From positions 1 to 34,691 of IMG/VR virus record IMGVR_UViG_3300025352_000117: a DNA stretch of 34,691 bases. One strand, 5' to 3'. Made by a program: the position numbers and the translations under genes. The stretch comes from a virus. Taxonomy: Duplodnaviria > Caudoviricetes. The notes beneath the pieces are model-generated. The model was not told the origin of the DNA, did no database searches, and saw only the letters and a program-made list of their open reading frames with translations. Positions 6,729 through 15,717 of this stretch are shown here, in pieces; the stretch's first letter is position 1, and each line of letters begins with the position of its first letter.

Positions 6729-7232
6729 ATGGGAATTTGGAAAAAGATTACAGGCATTGAAAAAATCGAACGAGCAAGAGCAGAAGAAGAGGCTCGTCTT
6801 GAGCTAGCTAGAAAAGAACACCTAGAGTATGAAAAAGCAGCAGCAAAGAAACGCAAGGAAGTTGCCGAGCTAGAAGCTAAAGAAGCAGCAGAAGCAGCTC
6901 GTGTTAAAGAAGACCGCGAGCTTGCTAAAATGTCGCCCAAGGACCGAGCAACAAAGAAAGGCGAGCCTTGGGTAGATGTTATCGAAACCCACGTTAACGA
7001 AGATAATATCCGTAACGGGTTTTTTGAGCTTGACTGGAACAACGAGTTTATTGTATCATTAAAACAAGCAGGATACGGCGAGGAAGCCGACCCTGAAGAA
7101 GAAGTAGTAGACCGTTGGTTCCGTGATATTGTGAGCCAAATGCTTTCAGAAGAAGGTGTTGATCCGCAGAGCAGAGCAGCAGGCTATATCAACGTCGAAT
7201 CACTGGGCAACAGCCGTTCGGAGGTATCATGA
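6729..7232 (+). CDS. hypothetical protein with N-terminal coiled coil
   Basis: 167 aa, strong SD, charged helix followed by ATKKGEPWV...NGFFELDWN. Confidence 0.8.
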   Translation: MGIWKKITGIEKIERARAEEEARLELARKEHLEYEKAAAKKRKEVAELEAKEAAEAARVKEDRELAKMSPKDRATKKGEPWVDVIETHVNEDNIRNGFFELDWNNEFIVSLKQAGYGEEADPEEEVVDRWFRDIVSQMLSEEGVDPQSRAAGYINVESLGNSRSEVS

Positions 7233-7474
7233 CAGCGATAATTTTGTTTTTAGTAAAGGTATTAATTGCATTACTAGTAATAGCAGGAATATTTGCAACA
7301 GCAATTGGCCTAATTACCTTGGTTCAATTTGCGAGGACAAAAAATGCACCTGCTGACTCAAGTAATAGAATCAATCACATTCGACTGTGGTGGTTCGCAC
7401 TAACGCGCCCGGAGTTGTTTACAGAAACGTTTCCGTGGATGAAGAAAGATGAACTTGACAATATGCAAGACTAA
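7229..7474 (+). CDS. small membrane protein
   Basis: GGAGG SD, N-terminal hydrophobic stretch of about 30 aa, ATGA overlap. Confidence 0.7.
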   Translation: MTAIILFLVKVLIALLVIAGIFATAIGLITLVQFARTKNAPADSSNRINHIRLWWFALTRPELFTETFPWMKKDELDNMQD

Positions 7475-7776
7475 TGAAAATAAAAAAGACAACAGTTAAC
7501 GCTCCTACTAGAAAACTAAAAGCAACATGGACCGTAGAATCATACGATGACTGGATGCCGTTGCTGAACAATAAACTTGTAGCCGAAGATGTTGAGCTTT
7601 CTACAGGCACTAAGTATCTTGTTGTCTGTAACGATTGTACACAAGCTCGACAGATTGAAATCGTCAAATGGCTTATAGATACATTTGATACAGGATATCG
7701 TATAGAAGAAGATTATATCGTTTTCGAGGAAGAAAAGCACCGTACTCTAATGCTTATGCGCTGGAGTAGTGTATAA
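7474..7776 (+). CDS. hypothetical protein
   Basis: 100 aa, TAATG coupling; ends FEEEKHRTLMLMRW. Confidence 0.7.
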   Translation: MKIKKTTVNAPTRKLKATWTVESYDDWMPLLNNKLVAEDVELSTGTKYLVVCNDCTQARQIEIVKWLIDTFDTGYRIEEDYIVFEEEKHRTLMLMRWSSV

Positions 7777-7781
7777 AGTTC

Positions 7782-7809
7782 TTGACTTTGCAGCAAAAGA
7801 TGCTATAAT
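7782..7809 (+). promoter_or_regulatory. sigma70-type promoter
   Basis: TTGACT, 16 nt, TGn-TATAAT upstream of the exonuclease. Confidence 0.7.
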
Positions 7810-7842
7810 TACGTATAACCTGACAAATCAATAGGACTTTCA

Positions 7843-8829
7843 ATGAATAAAACTTACATACTAGTCGACACCGCAAATGTTTTTTTCCGCGCACGACATG
7901 TTGTTCGCGGAGATGTTGACACAAAAGTTGGCATGGCCTTGCACATCACCCTTAACTCTATCAAGAAGGCATGGACTGACTTTAATGCAGACCATGTTGT
8001 CTTCAACCTAGAAGGCCGTAGCTGGCGCAAAGACTTCTACGCACCCTACAAACGCAATCGCAAAGAAGTAAAAGCGGCAATGACCGAGCGCGAGCAAGAG
8101 GAAGACCAAGCGTTTTGGGAAATCTACGAAGAATTTACTAACTTCATCAAAGAAAAGACCAACTGTACCGTATTACGCGACCCGCAGTTAGAGGCCGACG
8201 ACCTGATCGCTGGCTTTATTCAAAATCATCCGGACGACAATCACATTATTATCTCAACAGACGGCGATTTTGCTCAGCTTATTGCACCTAACGTCAAGCA
8301 ATACAACGGTGTTGCTAATATGACCATCACTATCGACGGCTACTTTGACGACAAAGGCAAGGAAGTTATCGAAAAGAAGACACAGGCTCCAAAGCCTGCT
8401 CCGCATCCTGAATGGCAACTGTTTGAAAAGTGTATGCGCGGTGACACAAGCGATAACGTATTCTCTGCATACCCAGGCGTGCGCAAGAAAGGCACTAAAA
8501 ACAAGGTTGGTCTAGCAGAGGCGTTTGACGATAAGAACAACAAAGGCTTCAACTGGAATAATATGATGCTGCAACGCTGGACTGATCACGAAGGCAAAGA
8601 ACATCGTGTAGTAGACGACTACAATCGTAACGTCACATTGTGCGACCTGAGTGCACAGCCTGCAGACATTCGTGCAATTATCGACGAGACGGTAAATAAC
8701 ATCGAAACAAAAACCGTAAGTCAGGTCGGACTACGACTAATGAAGTTCTGTGCCAAGTGGGATATGCAGAGAATTGCAGATCAGGCACAGCAGTACGCAG
8801 AACCACTCAACGCAAGGTACACACAATGA
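7843..8829 (+). CDS. rnh: T4 RNase H-like 5'-3' exonuclease (FEN family)
   Basis: ILVDTAN, SWRK..Y.PYKRNR, LEADDLI, STDGDF.QL, GDTSDNV acidic motifs. Confidence 0.88.
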   Translation: MNKTYILVDTANVFFRARHVVRGDVDTKVGMALHITLNSIKKAWTDFNADHVVFNLEGRSWRKDFYAPYKRNRKEVKAAMTEREQEEDQAFWEIYEEFTNFIKEKTNCTVLRDPQLEADDLIAGFIQNHPDDNHIIISTDGDFAQLIAPNVKQYNGVANMTITIDGYFDDKGKEVIEKKTQAPKPAPHPEWQLFEKCMRGDTSDNVFSAYPGVRKKGTKNKVGLAEAFDDKNNKGFNWNNMMLQRWTDHEGKEHRVVDDYNRNVTLCDLSAQPADIRAIIDETVNNIETKTVSQVGLRLMKFCAKWDMQRIADQAQQYAEPLNARYTQ

Positions 8830-9122
8830 AGCTACTAGCATTTGAGACCCAACAAGAACTAGTCGATGCTGCTAGCAAGGGCATTGCTGTGTCAGTGATC
8901 CTCAACGTTGAAGACTTTGAAGCACAGTACCAGAAGAACTACCTAGCAATGTTGGGGTTTAACGGGCGCGAGAAGTACAAGATTTGTACGATCTTATCTG
9001 AAATCCACAACATGCCCGGACACTACGTAGTAATAGGCAAGAATAACCAAATAGTCAGTGGACTACATGGTGATATCTTCTATATAGAAGATGAAGAAGA
9101 AGACGAGGAGTATGTAGATTAA
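8826..9122 (+). CDS. hypothetical protein
   Basis: ATGA overlap start at 8826 preferred over 8757; acidic C-terminus. Confidence 0.65.
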   Translation: MKLLAFETQQELVDAASKGIAVSVILNVEDFEAQYQKNYLAMLGFNGREKYKICTILSEIHNMPGHYVVIGKNNQIVSGLHGDIFYIEDEEEDEEYVD

Positions 9123-9586
9123 TGATAACAAAAGCAAAACCAATTATTAAAGACAAGTTTTGGATCGTCGAGCGTGATGGCAACAACATCGGAACAATAA
9201 GAGTAGACGACGATCGATTTATGTTCAGCGACAAAAACGGCGTAAAGTACTTTGACAACAAAAAGCAGCTTGAACGCAAGTTGGGCAAGACCGTATTCGA
9301 AAGAAACGAAGATGCCGGAATCGAAGTTGAAAAGATTGTGCATGGGTACCCTGTGTCAACCACTCCTTACAATGCAATGCTTAATGTAAAACAAGGATTA
9401 CCTTTGTTTACTAAAAGCGTAAAGAGCAGTAGTCTATACTGCGCCGGGTACTATATCATCCGATTTGACAAAGGTTGGGTTAAATCGTTTTGTCCAAAGC
9501 TAATCACACTCGAACGTTACAACTTCAAAGGCCCGTTTAAAGATGCGGTAACTATGAGACAGGAGCTGTCAAGTGCCGAAAAATGA
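9122..9586 (+). CDS. hypothetical phage protein
   Basis: 154 aa, TAATG coupling; motifs KFWIVE, PLFTKS, LYCAGYY, FCPKL. Confidence 0.8.
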   Translation: MITKAKPIIKDKFWIVERDGNNIGTIRVDDDRFMFSDKNGVKYFDNKKQLERKLGKTVFERNEDAGIEVEKIVHGYPVSTTPYNAMLNVKQGLPLFTKSVKSSSLYCAGYYIIRFDKGWVKSFCPKLITLERYNFKGPFKDAVTMRQELSSAEK

Positions 9587-9815
9587 ACCACTAAACACAA
9601 TTCCTATTCAGCAGTTTCTACAGCAGGTAAAAACAGCAGATGCTAGCAAGCAACGCGAAGTCCGTCTTACAGTAGAACAGGCCAAGAACTTGGCATTTAC
9701 CCTAGGGATTGTAATGAGCAGACTCGAAGGCGACCTTGAAAAGCTGATTACAGACAACGCTAGTTCAGGTGAAGAACAGATCGAAGTAAGATTAGACGGC
9801 GGCAACAACTGGTAA
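9573..9815 (+). CDS. hypothetical protein
   Basis: GTG start with AGGAG SD; 80 aa. Confidence 0.75.
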   Translation: MPKNEPLNTIPIQQFLQQVKTADASKQREVRLTVEQAKNLAFTLGIVMSRLEGDLEKLITDNASSGEEQIEVRLDGGNNW

Positions 9816-9827
9816 CGGTGCAAAAGA

Positions 9828-9862
9828 GATAAATATATGCGTAGTTAACTAAGGATTACGCA
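9828..9862 (+). promoter_or_regulatory. late box plus RBS-adjacent hairpin
   Basis: GATAAATA (9828-9835); TGCGTAGT (9838-9845) pairs with ATTACGCA (9855-9862) around the AAGGA SD. Confidence 0.55.
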
Positions 9863-9863
9863 A

Positions 9864-10154
9864 ATGAGCAGACCAGCACCCACTATATTATTAGAAAACA
9901 TAGACAAAAAGACTTATAGAAGCGAACAGGTCCTAGCTGCAAACGCAATATGGGCTGTCTTTTACCAAGGGCAGCCTTTTAATTTAAAAAGCTCTAACGC
10001 ACTTACTAACTTTCCCGGCCCTAAGTATAAGAAAACCAGCTTCTCAAATGAAGGCCATGCACACAACCTCGCTAAAAAACTAAACCAGATGTTCAACACG
10101 ACTGAATTTGATGTGCGCAAGCTCACGGACGGCGAAGTGGTTACGAAAGAATGA
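9864..10154 (+). CDS. hypothetical phage protein
   Basis: 96 aa, SD present; KYKKTSFSNEGHAHNLAKKLN. Confidence 0.8.
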   Translation: MSRPAPTILLENIDKKTYRSEQVLAANAIWAVFYQGQPFNLKSSNALTNFPGPKYKKTSFSNEGHAHNLAKKLNQMFNTTEFDVRKLTDGEVVTKE

Positions 10155-10537
10155 ACTGGAAAGAAACCTATACTAGAGTTTTCCTAAACGAACTCGGTAA
10201 GAGCACAGATCCGAGCACAGTTAAACAGTATATGCACTCGTGGTGGATGAACATTCGGAACAAAGACAAGTGCGGAATGAGGCTTACTGACCGCGGTCTA
10301 GAAGTTGTCCAGGAACTGGATCTCAAGACATACGAAATTCCATACCCTGAAGAAATGCCAATTACCGCACAAGTCATTGTTTATCTAGACAAATTCATAG
10401 ACTGTCCTTACTACCTAACAAAAAAGTCCATCCTTGTGCTAAACGAACGGAAGGCAATCGAGCTCACGTTGTTCTCAGGTGACGTTCGCAAGTATGGTTA
10501 TATCAAGGCGATGAAACGTCCTACACAAAAAGATTAA
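10151..10537 (+). CDS. hypothetical phage protein
   Basis: 128 aa, ATGA overlap; MRLTDRG, LDKFIDCPYY. Confidence 0.8.
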   Translation: MNWKETYTRVFLNELGKSTDPSTVKQYMHSWWMNIRNKDKCGMRLTDRGLEVVQELDLKTYEIPYPEEMPITAQVIVYLDKFIDCPYYLTKKSILVLNERKAIELTLFSGDVRKYGYIKAMKRPTQKD

Positions 10538-10554
10538 TTTTCTAAAAAAAAGTG

Positions 10555-10602
10555 TTGACAGAATCTGTAATGATGCTATTATATATAGACACGTTAGATA
10601 AA
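10555..10602 (+). promoter_or_regulatory. sigma70 promoter plus conserved downstream box (copy 1)
   Basis: TTGACA, 16 nt, TGn-TATTAT, then TATAGACAcgTTAGATAAA; an A-tract lies upstream. Confidence 0.7.
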
Positions 10603-10650
10603 ACGTAGACGAAACTAACAAGCATTCCAACAAGACAGAGGTAACACAAA

Positions 10651-11739
10651 GTGGCAACAGAAACTCAAGCACGTACAGTCAGCCCGAACAGTGCAAAACG
10701 CAGTATTACTCATGCTATCAAGAAGCAGCGTCCTATCTTCCTATGGGGGCCGCCGGGCATTGGCAAGAGTGAAATTGTTGAGCAGATTGCTGGCAAAATG
10801 CGAGCCAAGGTAATTGACATTCGTCTAAGCCTTTGGGACCCAACCGACATCAAAGGTATTCCTTACTTTGACCCAACCGTGGGCAAGATGGTGTGGGGCG
10901 CGCCGAGCGAACTGCCGGACCAAGAAATGGCAGATCAACACGAACACATCATCCTGTTCTTGGATGAGATGAACAGCGCAGCACCAGCGGTGCAAGCGGC
11001 TGCTTATCAGCTTATTCTTAATCGCCGCGTAGGCGAGTACAAGCTACCAGACAACGTGATGATTGTTGCTGCTGGTAACCGCGAAAGCGACAAGGGTGTA
11101 ACTTATCGTATGCCGGCGCCGTTGGCAAACCGTTTCGTTCACTTGGAAATGCAGGTCAGCTTTGACGACTGGTTCCAGTGGGCTGTTGACAACAGCATCC
11201 ACCAAGACGTTGTCGGTTACTTGACCTTCGCGAAGAAAGACCTGTACGACTTCGATCCTAAGAGCTCAAGCCGCTCTTTCGCTACCCCGCGTTCATGGAC
11301 GTTTGTGTCAGAACTGATCGAAGACGACATTGACGACGCTACTACTACCGACCTGGTTAGTGGTTCAATCGGCGAAGGCCTGGCTGTTAAGTTTATGGCA
11401 CACCGTCGAGTTGCTGCAAGCATGCCTAACCCTGCTGACATTCTTGAAGGCAAGGTTAAGAATATGGAGTCAAAAGAAATCAGCGCAATGTACTCGCTGA
11501 CTGTTGCATTGTGTTACGAGCTAAAAGAAGCCAGTGACAAGAACGATAAGAAGTTCGACGACAAGGCCAACAACTTCTTGCGATTCTCAATGGACAACTT
11601 CGAAACTGAGCTGGTAGTAATGGGCATCAAGTTGGCACTAACACAGTACAATCTGCCAATTGATCCAGACGCAATGGAGTGCTTCGATGAGTGGAACGAC
11701 AAGTACGGTAAGTACATCAAAGCTGCACAAGGCGTATGA
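10651..11739 (+). CDS. AAA+ ATPase (MoxR/dynein-related type)
   Basis: GTG start with GAGG SD; Walker A GPPGIGKS, Walker B LFLDE, AAGN sensor I, PLANRF arginine finger, TPRSW. Confidence 0.9.
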   Translation: MATETQARTVSPNSAKRSITHAIKKQRPIFLWGPPGIGKSEIVEQIAGKMRAKVIDIRLSLWDPTDIKGIPYFDPTVGKMVWGAPSELPDQEMADQHEHIILFLDEMNSAAPAVQAAAYQLILNRRVGEYKLPDNVMIVAAGNRESDKGVTYRMPAPLANRFVHLEMQVSFDDWFQWAVDNSIHQDVVGYLTFAKKDLYDFDPKSSSRSFATPRSWTFVSELIEDDIDDATTTDLVSGSIGEGLAVKFMAHRRVAASMPNPADILEGKVKNMESKEISAMYSLTVALCYELKEASDKNDKKFDDKANNFLRFSMDNFETELVVMGIKLALTQYNLPIDPDAMECFDEWNDKYGKYIKAAQGV

Positions 11740-11746
11740 TGTAAAC

Positions 11747-11776
11747 GGCGCAGCGTAAAAACTGCGCTATTTTTTT
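11747..11776 (+). terminator. intrinsic terminator
   Basis: GGCGCAG/CTGCGCT stem with an 8-nt loop, followed by T7. Confidence 0.7.
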
Positions 11777-11789
11777 GAAAGAGGTCAAT

Positions 11790-12725
11790 ATGACTAAATC
11801 TTGTAACGAAATCATCTTTTACTGTAGCGGCGAGCCTGAAGCAGATCAAGTCAAAGGCAAGAACGTTTATGCAAGCTGGCCTAGACTTACTCACTATGAC
11901 GCAGACAATCCAAGACGTTGGGCAACTGCTTACAAAGCAGGGCCAGGAGGCCGGCGTGACGTGATAGAAGTAGTAGGGTTCGAAGTGACTATGAAGAACT
12001 ATTTCCCCTTCAGCCTGGTGCACAACTCAGTCGACAGTCGTGGACAGAGTGCCAAGATTCCGCAGGCGCTTGTGTACAACGCAGAAAGAGACTGTTACCT
12101 ACTGTTTGACTTTCGCACAGACGGGTTGATCGAAACCCTAATCGAAGGTGAGATTGCTAACGGTGTTATCGAAACACCTATGGCGTTTAGGTTTGCAGGA
12201 GCGAACTACTACTTTGTTCCGCGCGAGGGCAAATCGTTTGCTGAATTTGAAAAAGCATTCAATCAAGCACAAAAGCCCAAGACCAAGCAGTCAACACAGA
12301 TCGAAGTCGGTGTTCCATTCGTTGGTTCTTTTGACCGCATCTACAGATACCTAGGCGCGTTTAAATGTACTCAAGACGACGACTACGATCCAGAAGGATG
12401 TAACGGACAAGCTGTTAACTACACCGACAAGACTGTTCATGTTTATCATTCATGCGAAGACTACGGGTTTCAATGGCGCGACAACGACCTTAGCATCGAG
12501 GTTATGAAGTCGAAGATGAACGTCAAGAGTCTTGAACTTCCGGCCGACACTAAACTGTACGACACGCCCGAAAGTGGTGTTGTAATTACTGAATGTGGCA
12601 GCAAGGGTGCGTATGGTTTTAGTCCTCACATCCATTGTACTGTTGACATCAACAACAGCACTGTTAAATACGTTGAGCAACCGAAGCCGGCATATACAGG
12701 GCATTGCGGTTGGTTTAATCGTTGA
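11790..12725 (+). CDS. hypothetical protein between the ATPase and vWA genes
   Basis: ATG at 11790 with GAGG SD preferred over TTG 11775; 311 aa; no recognised motif. Confidence 0.8.
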   Translation: MTKSCNEIIFYCSGEPEADQVKGKNVYASWPRLTHYDADNPRRWATAYKAGPGGRRDVIEVVGFEVTMKNYFPFSLVHNSVDSRGQSAKIPQALVYNAERDCYLLFDFRTDGLIETLIEGEIANGVIETPMAFRFAGANYYFVPREGKSFAEFEKAFNQAQKPKTKQSTQIEVGVPFVGSFDRIYRYLGAFKCTQDDDYDPEGCNGQAVNYTDKTVHVYHSCEDYGFQWRDNDLSIEVMKSKMNVKSLELPADTKLYDTPESGVVITECGSKGAYGFSPHIHCTVDINNSTVKYVEQPKPAYTGHCGWFNR

Positions 12726-12770
12726 CAGAGTAGCAGTCAGGTGCTATACTGTATAGACAAATTAGATAAA
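12722..12770 (+). promoter_or_regulatory. sigma70 promoter plus conserved downstream box (copy 2)
   Basis: TTGACA, 17 nt, TGn-TATACT, then TATAGACAaaTTAGATAAA. Confidence 0.75.
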
Positions 12771-12780
12771 GAGGTTTATT

Positions 12781-14079
12781 ATGAGCAAGAATGACAGCAG
12801 CATGGGCAAGTCAAAATGGCAGCCGAATCCGGACATTACTGAAGATGCGCTGACTGCTATGCGTCACGAAGTATTCGATCGCATTATTATCGCGCGAGTA
12901 GGTCTGTTGCTTCGTCACCCGTTCTTCGGCAACATGGCGACGCGTTTACGAATCTTGGCTGCGGACGACTGGCTGCCGACTGCGGCTGTTGACGGGCGTA
13001 ATCTATACTTCAACTCGCAGTTCTTTAACGCAATGTCAAACAAAGAAATTGAGTTTGTTATTGCTCACGAGATTCTGCACTGCGTATTTGATCACTTGGG
13101 TCGGCGCGGTGAACGTCATCCGATGCTGTACAACATCGCGGCAGACTATATTGTAAATAACACGTTGGTACGTGATCGCATCGGCGAGAAGCCTAAGATT
13201 GTTGACTGCTACCAGGACTTCAAATACGAAGGTTGGACTTCAGAAGACGTTTACGACGACTTGCTCAAGAAAGCCGAAGACGAGCTTGAAGAGATGGGTG
13301 AGATGCTAGACGAACACGTTGACTGGGACTCTGACAACGGCAACGGAGAAGAAGGAGAGGAATCTACTGACAAGAACGGTAATCGTGTTAGTAACAAGCC
13401 GGGCAAGCTCAGCGAAGAAGAGCAGCGTCAGATTAAAGACGAAGTCAAAGAGAGCATGCTGAGTGCTGCACAGAGCGCAGGCGCTGGTAATGTGCCGGCG
13501 GGCGTAGCTCGTATGATCAAAGAGCTTACTGAGCCTAAGATGAACTGGCGCGAACTTCTACGTCAGCAGATCCAGAGCACTATACGCAGCGACTTTACGT
13601 TTGCTCGACCAAGCAGAAAAGGCCAGATGACTGGTGCTATACTGCCAGGCATGGACTTTGACGAAACAATTGATATCTGTGTTGCACTTGATATGTCTGG
13701 GTCAATTGGCGAAAGTCAAGCACGTGACTTCTTAAGTGAAATTAAAGGTATCATGGACGAGTACAAAGACTATCGTATCAAGGTATGGTGCTTTGACACT
13801 GCCGTTTACGGCGAACAAGACTTTAGTGCAGACGGTGGCGAAGAGCTTACCGACTACGAAATCAAAGGTGGTGGCGGTACTGAGTTTATGGCCAACTGGG
13901 ATTACATGAAAGAAAATGATATACAGCCCAAGAAATTCATCATGTTTACCGATGGTTACGCATGGAATAGCTGGGGCGACGAAGACTACTGCGACACAGT
14001 GTTTGTTATTCACTCGAACCGTGACAAGAACCTGGAAGCGCCGTTTGGCCAAACAGCACACTACGAACTATCAGAATGA
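12781..14079 (+). CDS. metallopeptidase-like (HExxH) plus vWA domain protein (DUF2201-like), partner of the AAA+ ATPase
   Basis: AHEILH zincin motif, NIAADY, acidic linker, MIDAS DMSGS, GGGT, FTDG. Confidence 0.88.
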   Translation: MSKNDSSMGKSKWQPNPDITEDALTAMRHEVFDRIIIARVGLLLRHPFFGNMATRLRILAADDWLPTAAVDGRNLYFNSQFFNAMSNKEIEFVIAHEILHCVFDHLGRRGERHPMLYNIAADYIVNNTLVRDRIGEKPKIVDCYQDFKYEGWTSEDVYDDLLKKAEDELEEMGEMLDEHVDWDSDNGNGEEGEESTDKNGNRVSNKPGKLSEEEQRQIKDEVKESMLSAAQSAGAGNVPAGVARMIKELTEPKMNWRELLRQQIQSTIRSDFTFARPSRKGQMTGAILPGMDFDETIDICVALDMSGSIGESQARDFLSEIKGIMDEYKDYRIKVWCFDTAVYGEQDFSADGGEELTDYEIKGGGGTEFMANWDYMKENDIQPKKFIMFTDGYAWNSWGDEDYCDTVFVIHSNRDKNLEAPFGQTAHYELSE

Positions 14080-14351
14080 TAAAGAAAGCACCAAATTACC
14101 TCAACTTACTGGGAACGCGGCAAGTGGACTTGCTGCCTCCCAGCTTCGAATGTGTTTCGATGCCCGTTGTCTACAATACTCACGACAGTATTGTCAGGTG
14201 GATCTACGAAAACTGCAAAGGCAAGTTTTACGTAGGCATAGGCATTGATCTGCAACACAACTCCGTTAACAGTGTCGTTAAGGTTGGCTTCGAGGATCCC
14301 AAAGAAGTCAGCTATTTCGTTTTGGCCTGTCCATATTTGAAATACCGCTAA
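14076..14351 (+). CDS. hypothetical protein
   Basis: 91 aa, ATGA overlap; WIYENCKGKFY...VGFEDPKE. Confidence 0.75.
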   Translation: MIKKAPNYLNLLGTRQVDLLPPSFECVSMPVVYNTHDSIVRWIYENCKGKFYVGIGIDLQHNSVNSVVKVGFEDPKEVSYFVLACPYLKYR

Positions 14352-14390
14352 GTACAACGGCATATATAATTATACAAGGAGACACATTTA

Positions 14391-14639
14391 ATGGCCGAAG
14401 AACAAACACAAGAACAAGCACCTGACCTTTCAGTACAAGACCTTGCTTCGTTAAAGTCAATTATTGACGTTGCGTGTCAGCGTGGAGCCTTTAAGCCAGG
14501 CGAGATGGCTACAGTTGGGCAGACATACAACAAACTCGACGCTTTCTTAAACGAGATTACTCGTCAGCAAGAAGCGCAGAAAGAAGCCGGTGCAGGCAAT
14601 ACAGATGCGCCCGCAGTAGAAACTCCAAAAGGGGAATAA
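14391..14639 (+). CDS. small hypothetical phage protein
   Basis: AGGAG SD; LSVQDL..LKSIIDVACQRGAFKPGEM. Confidence 0.8.
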   Translation: MAEEQTQEQAPDLSVQDLASLKSIIDVACQRGAFKPGEMATVGQTYNKLDAFLNEITRQQEAQKEAGAGNTDAPAVETPKGE

Positions 14640-14640
14640 T

Positions 14641-15348
14641 ATGCCAGATCTAAAACACGTGGGCAGACACGTAACCAGCAGAAAAAGATGCGTAGTTGCA
14701 TATCGAATAGTTCCACAAGCACCTGAATATTGCTTGGTTGTAAACAGCGAGTCACTAGATGCTGATCAACACGACACACTAATGCGCCTTGTTGAAAGCA
14801 ATGCTGGACAAACAGCACACGAACTAGCAGAAGCAATGCAGCGCACTACGTTGCCGGACGGCCGGAACATGCTTCAAGCATTCCACACACAAGGCAAGCT
14901 AGTAAAAACTGCAACCAAAGACATTGAGATGATTCCAAATCAACAAACTAGCATTAACCTGGCCAAACTTAATGAGATGATTGCTGAACAGCGTGGTATT
15001 ACTGTGCACGATCTCTCGCTAGGCATTAATAGCCAAGAAGAGAAGGCAAGGCATCTATCCGAAAATCCAGATGCGGCAACAGAAATGGTTCCGCCGCAAA
15101 CAGACCCAGCAGCAGCATACGCAGAAGACGCCGGATTGTTAACTGACGAAAAATTAGCTAACGACTATCGTACACAAGCGGACGCAATGGAGGCTGAAGC
15201 TAACTCCTTAAGAGACCAAGCCGAGCAGCTATCACCAACGCCTAAGGCAAAACCAGCGGCAAAGACTACAACTGCGAAACCAAAAGCGACTTCTAAGACC
15301 ACGAAACCAACTACTTCGGGATCAAAGAAAGCTACTACGAATGGCTGA
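14641..15348 (+). CDS. hypothetical protein with K/T/A/P-rich tail
   Basis: 235 aa; globular N-terminal half and a low-complexity basic C-terminus. Confidence 0.8.
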   Translation: MPDLKHVGRHVTSRKRCVVAYRIVPQAPEYCLVVNSESLDADQHDTLMRLVESNAGQTAHELAEAMQRTTLPDGRNMLQAFHTQGKLVKTATKDIEMIPNQQTSINLAKLNEMIAEQRGITVHDLSLGINSQEEKARHLSENPDAATEMVPPQTDPAAAYAEDAGLLTDEKLANDYRTQADAMEAEANSLRDQAEQLSPTPKAKPAAKTTTAKPKATSKTTKPTTSGSKKATTNG

Positions 15349-15658
15349 GTCTGAAACTCCTAAGGGCGAAGACACCTGGCCAGGTATACTTGACGAGATT
15401 GAAATCAAATATGTTCCCGTCGAGTATATCAGCTCTGTTGAAGTAACTTTTACCGATGGAAATACGTGGTCTATTGAAATCGAAAAAGCTGGTGAAGAAA
15501 CCAGCGACGCAGAAGCACAAGAATTAGAGGACAGCCTCGAAGACTTGTTTGAAGAGTACGAGGATGTTATTGAAGGTGTTAACTTTATACTTGACGTCGA
15601 AAAAGTAAAAGAGGACATTACTTCAAAAACAAAGACCTTCATGAAGCGTAAGAAGTAG
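15341..15658 (+). CDS. very acidic hypothetical protein
   Basis: 105 aa with about 30 D/E residues (hand count). Confidence 0.75.
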   Translation: MAESETPKGEDTWPGILDEIEIKYVPVEYISSVEVTFTDGNTWSIEIEKAGEETSDAEAQELEDSLEDLFEEYEDVIEGVNFILDVEKVKEDITSKTKTFMKRKK

Positions 15659-15678
15659 TCTGCTAATTCTAAAACTTG

Positions 15679-15717
15679 GATAAATACTTGTAACATTCAT
15701 ATTAGGAGTTACAAGTA
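15679..15717 (+). promoter_or_regulatory. late box plus perfect 10-bp hairpin over the RBS region
   Basis: GATAAATA (15679-15686); TACTTGTAAC (15685-15694) pairs with GTTACAAGTA (15708-15717), which abuts ATG 15718. Confidence 0.65.
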
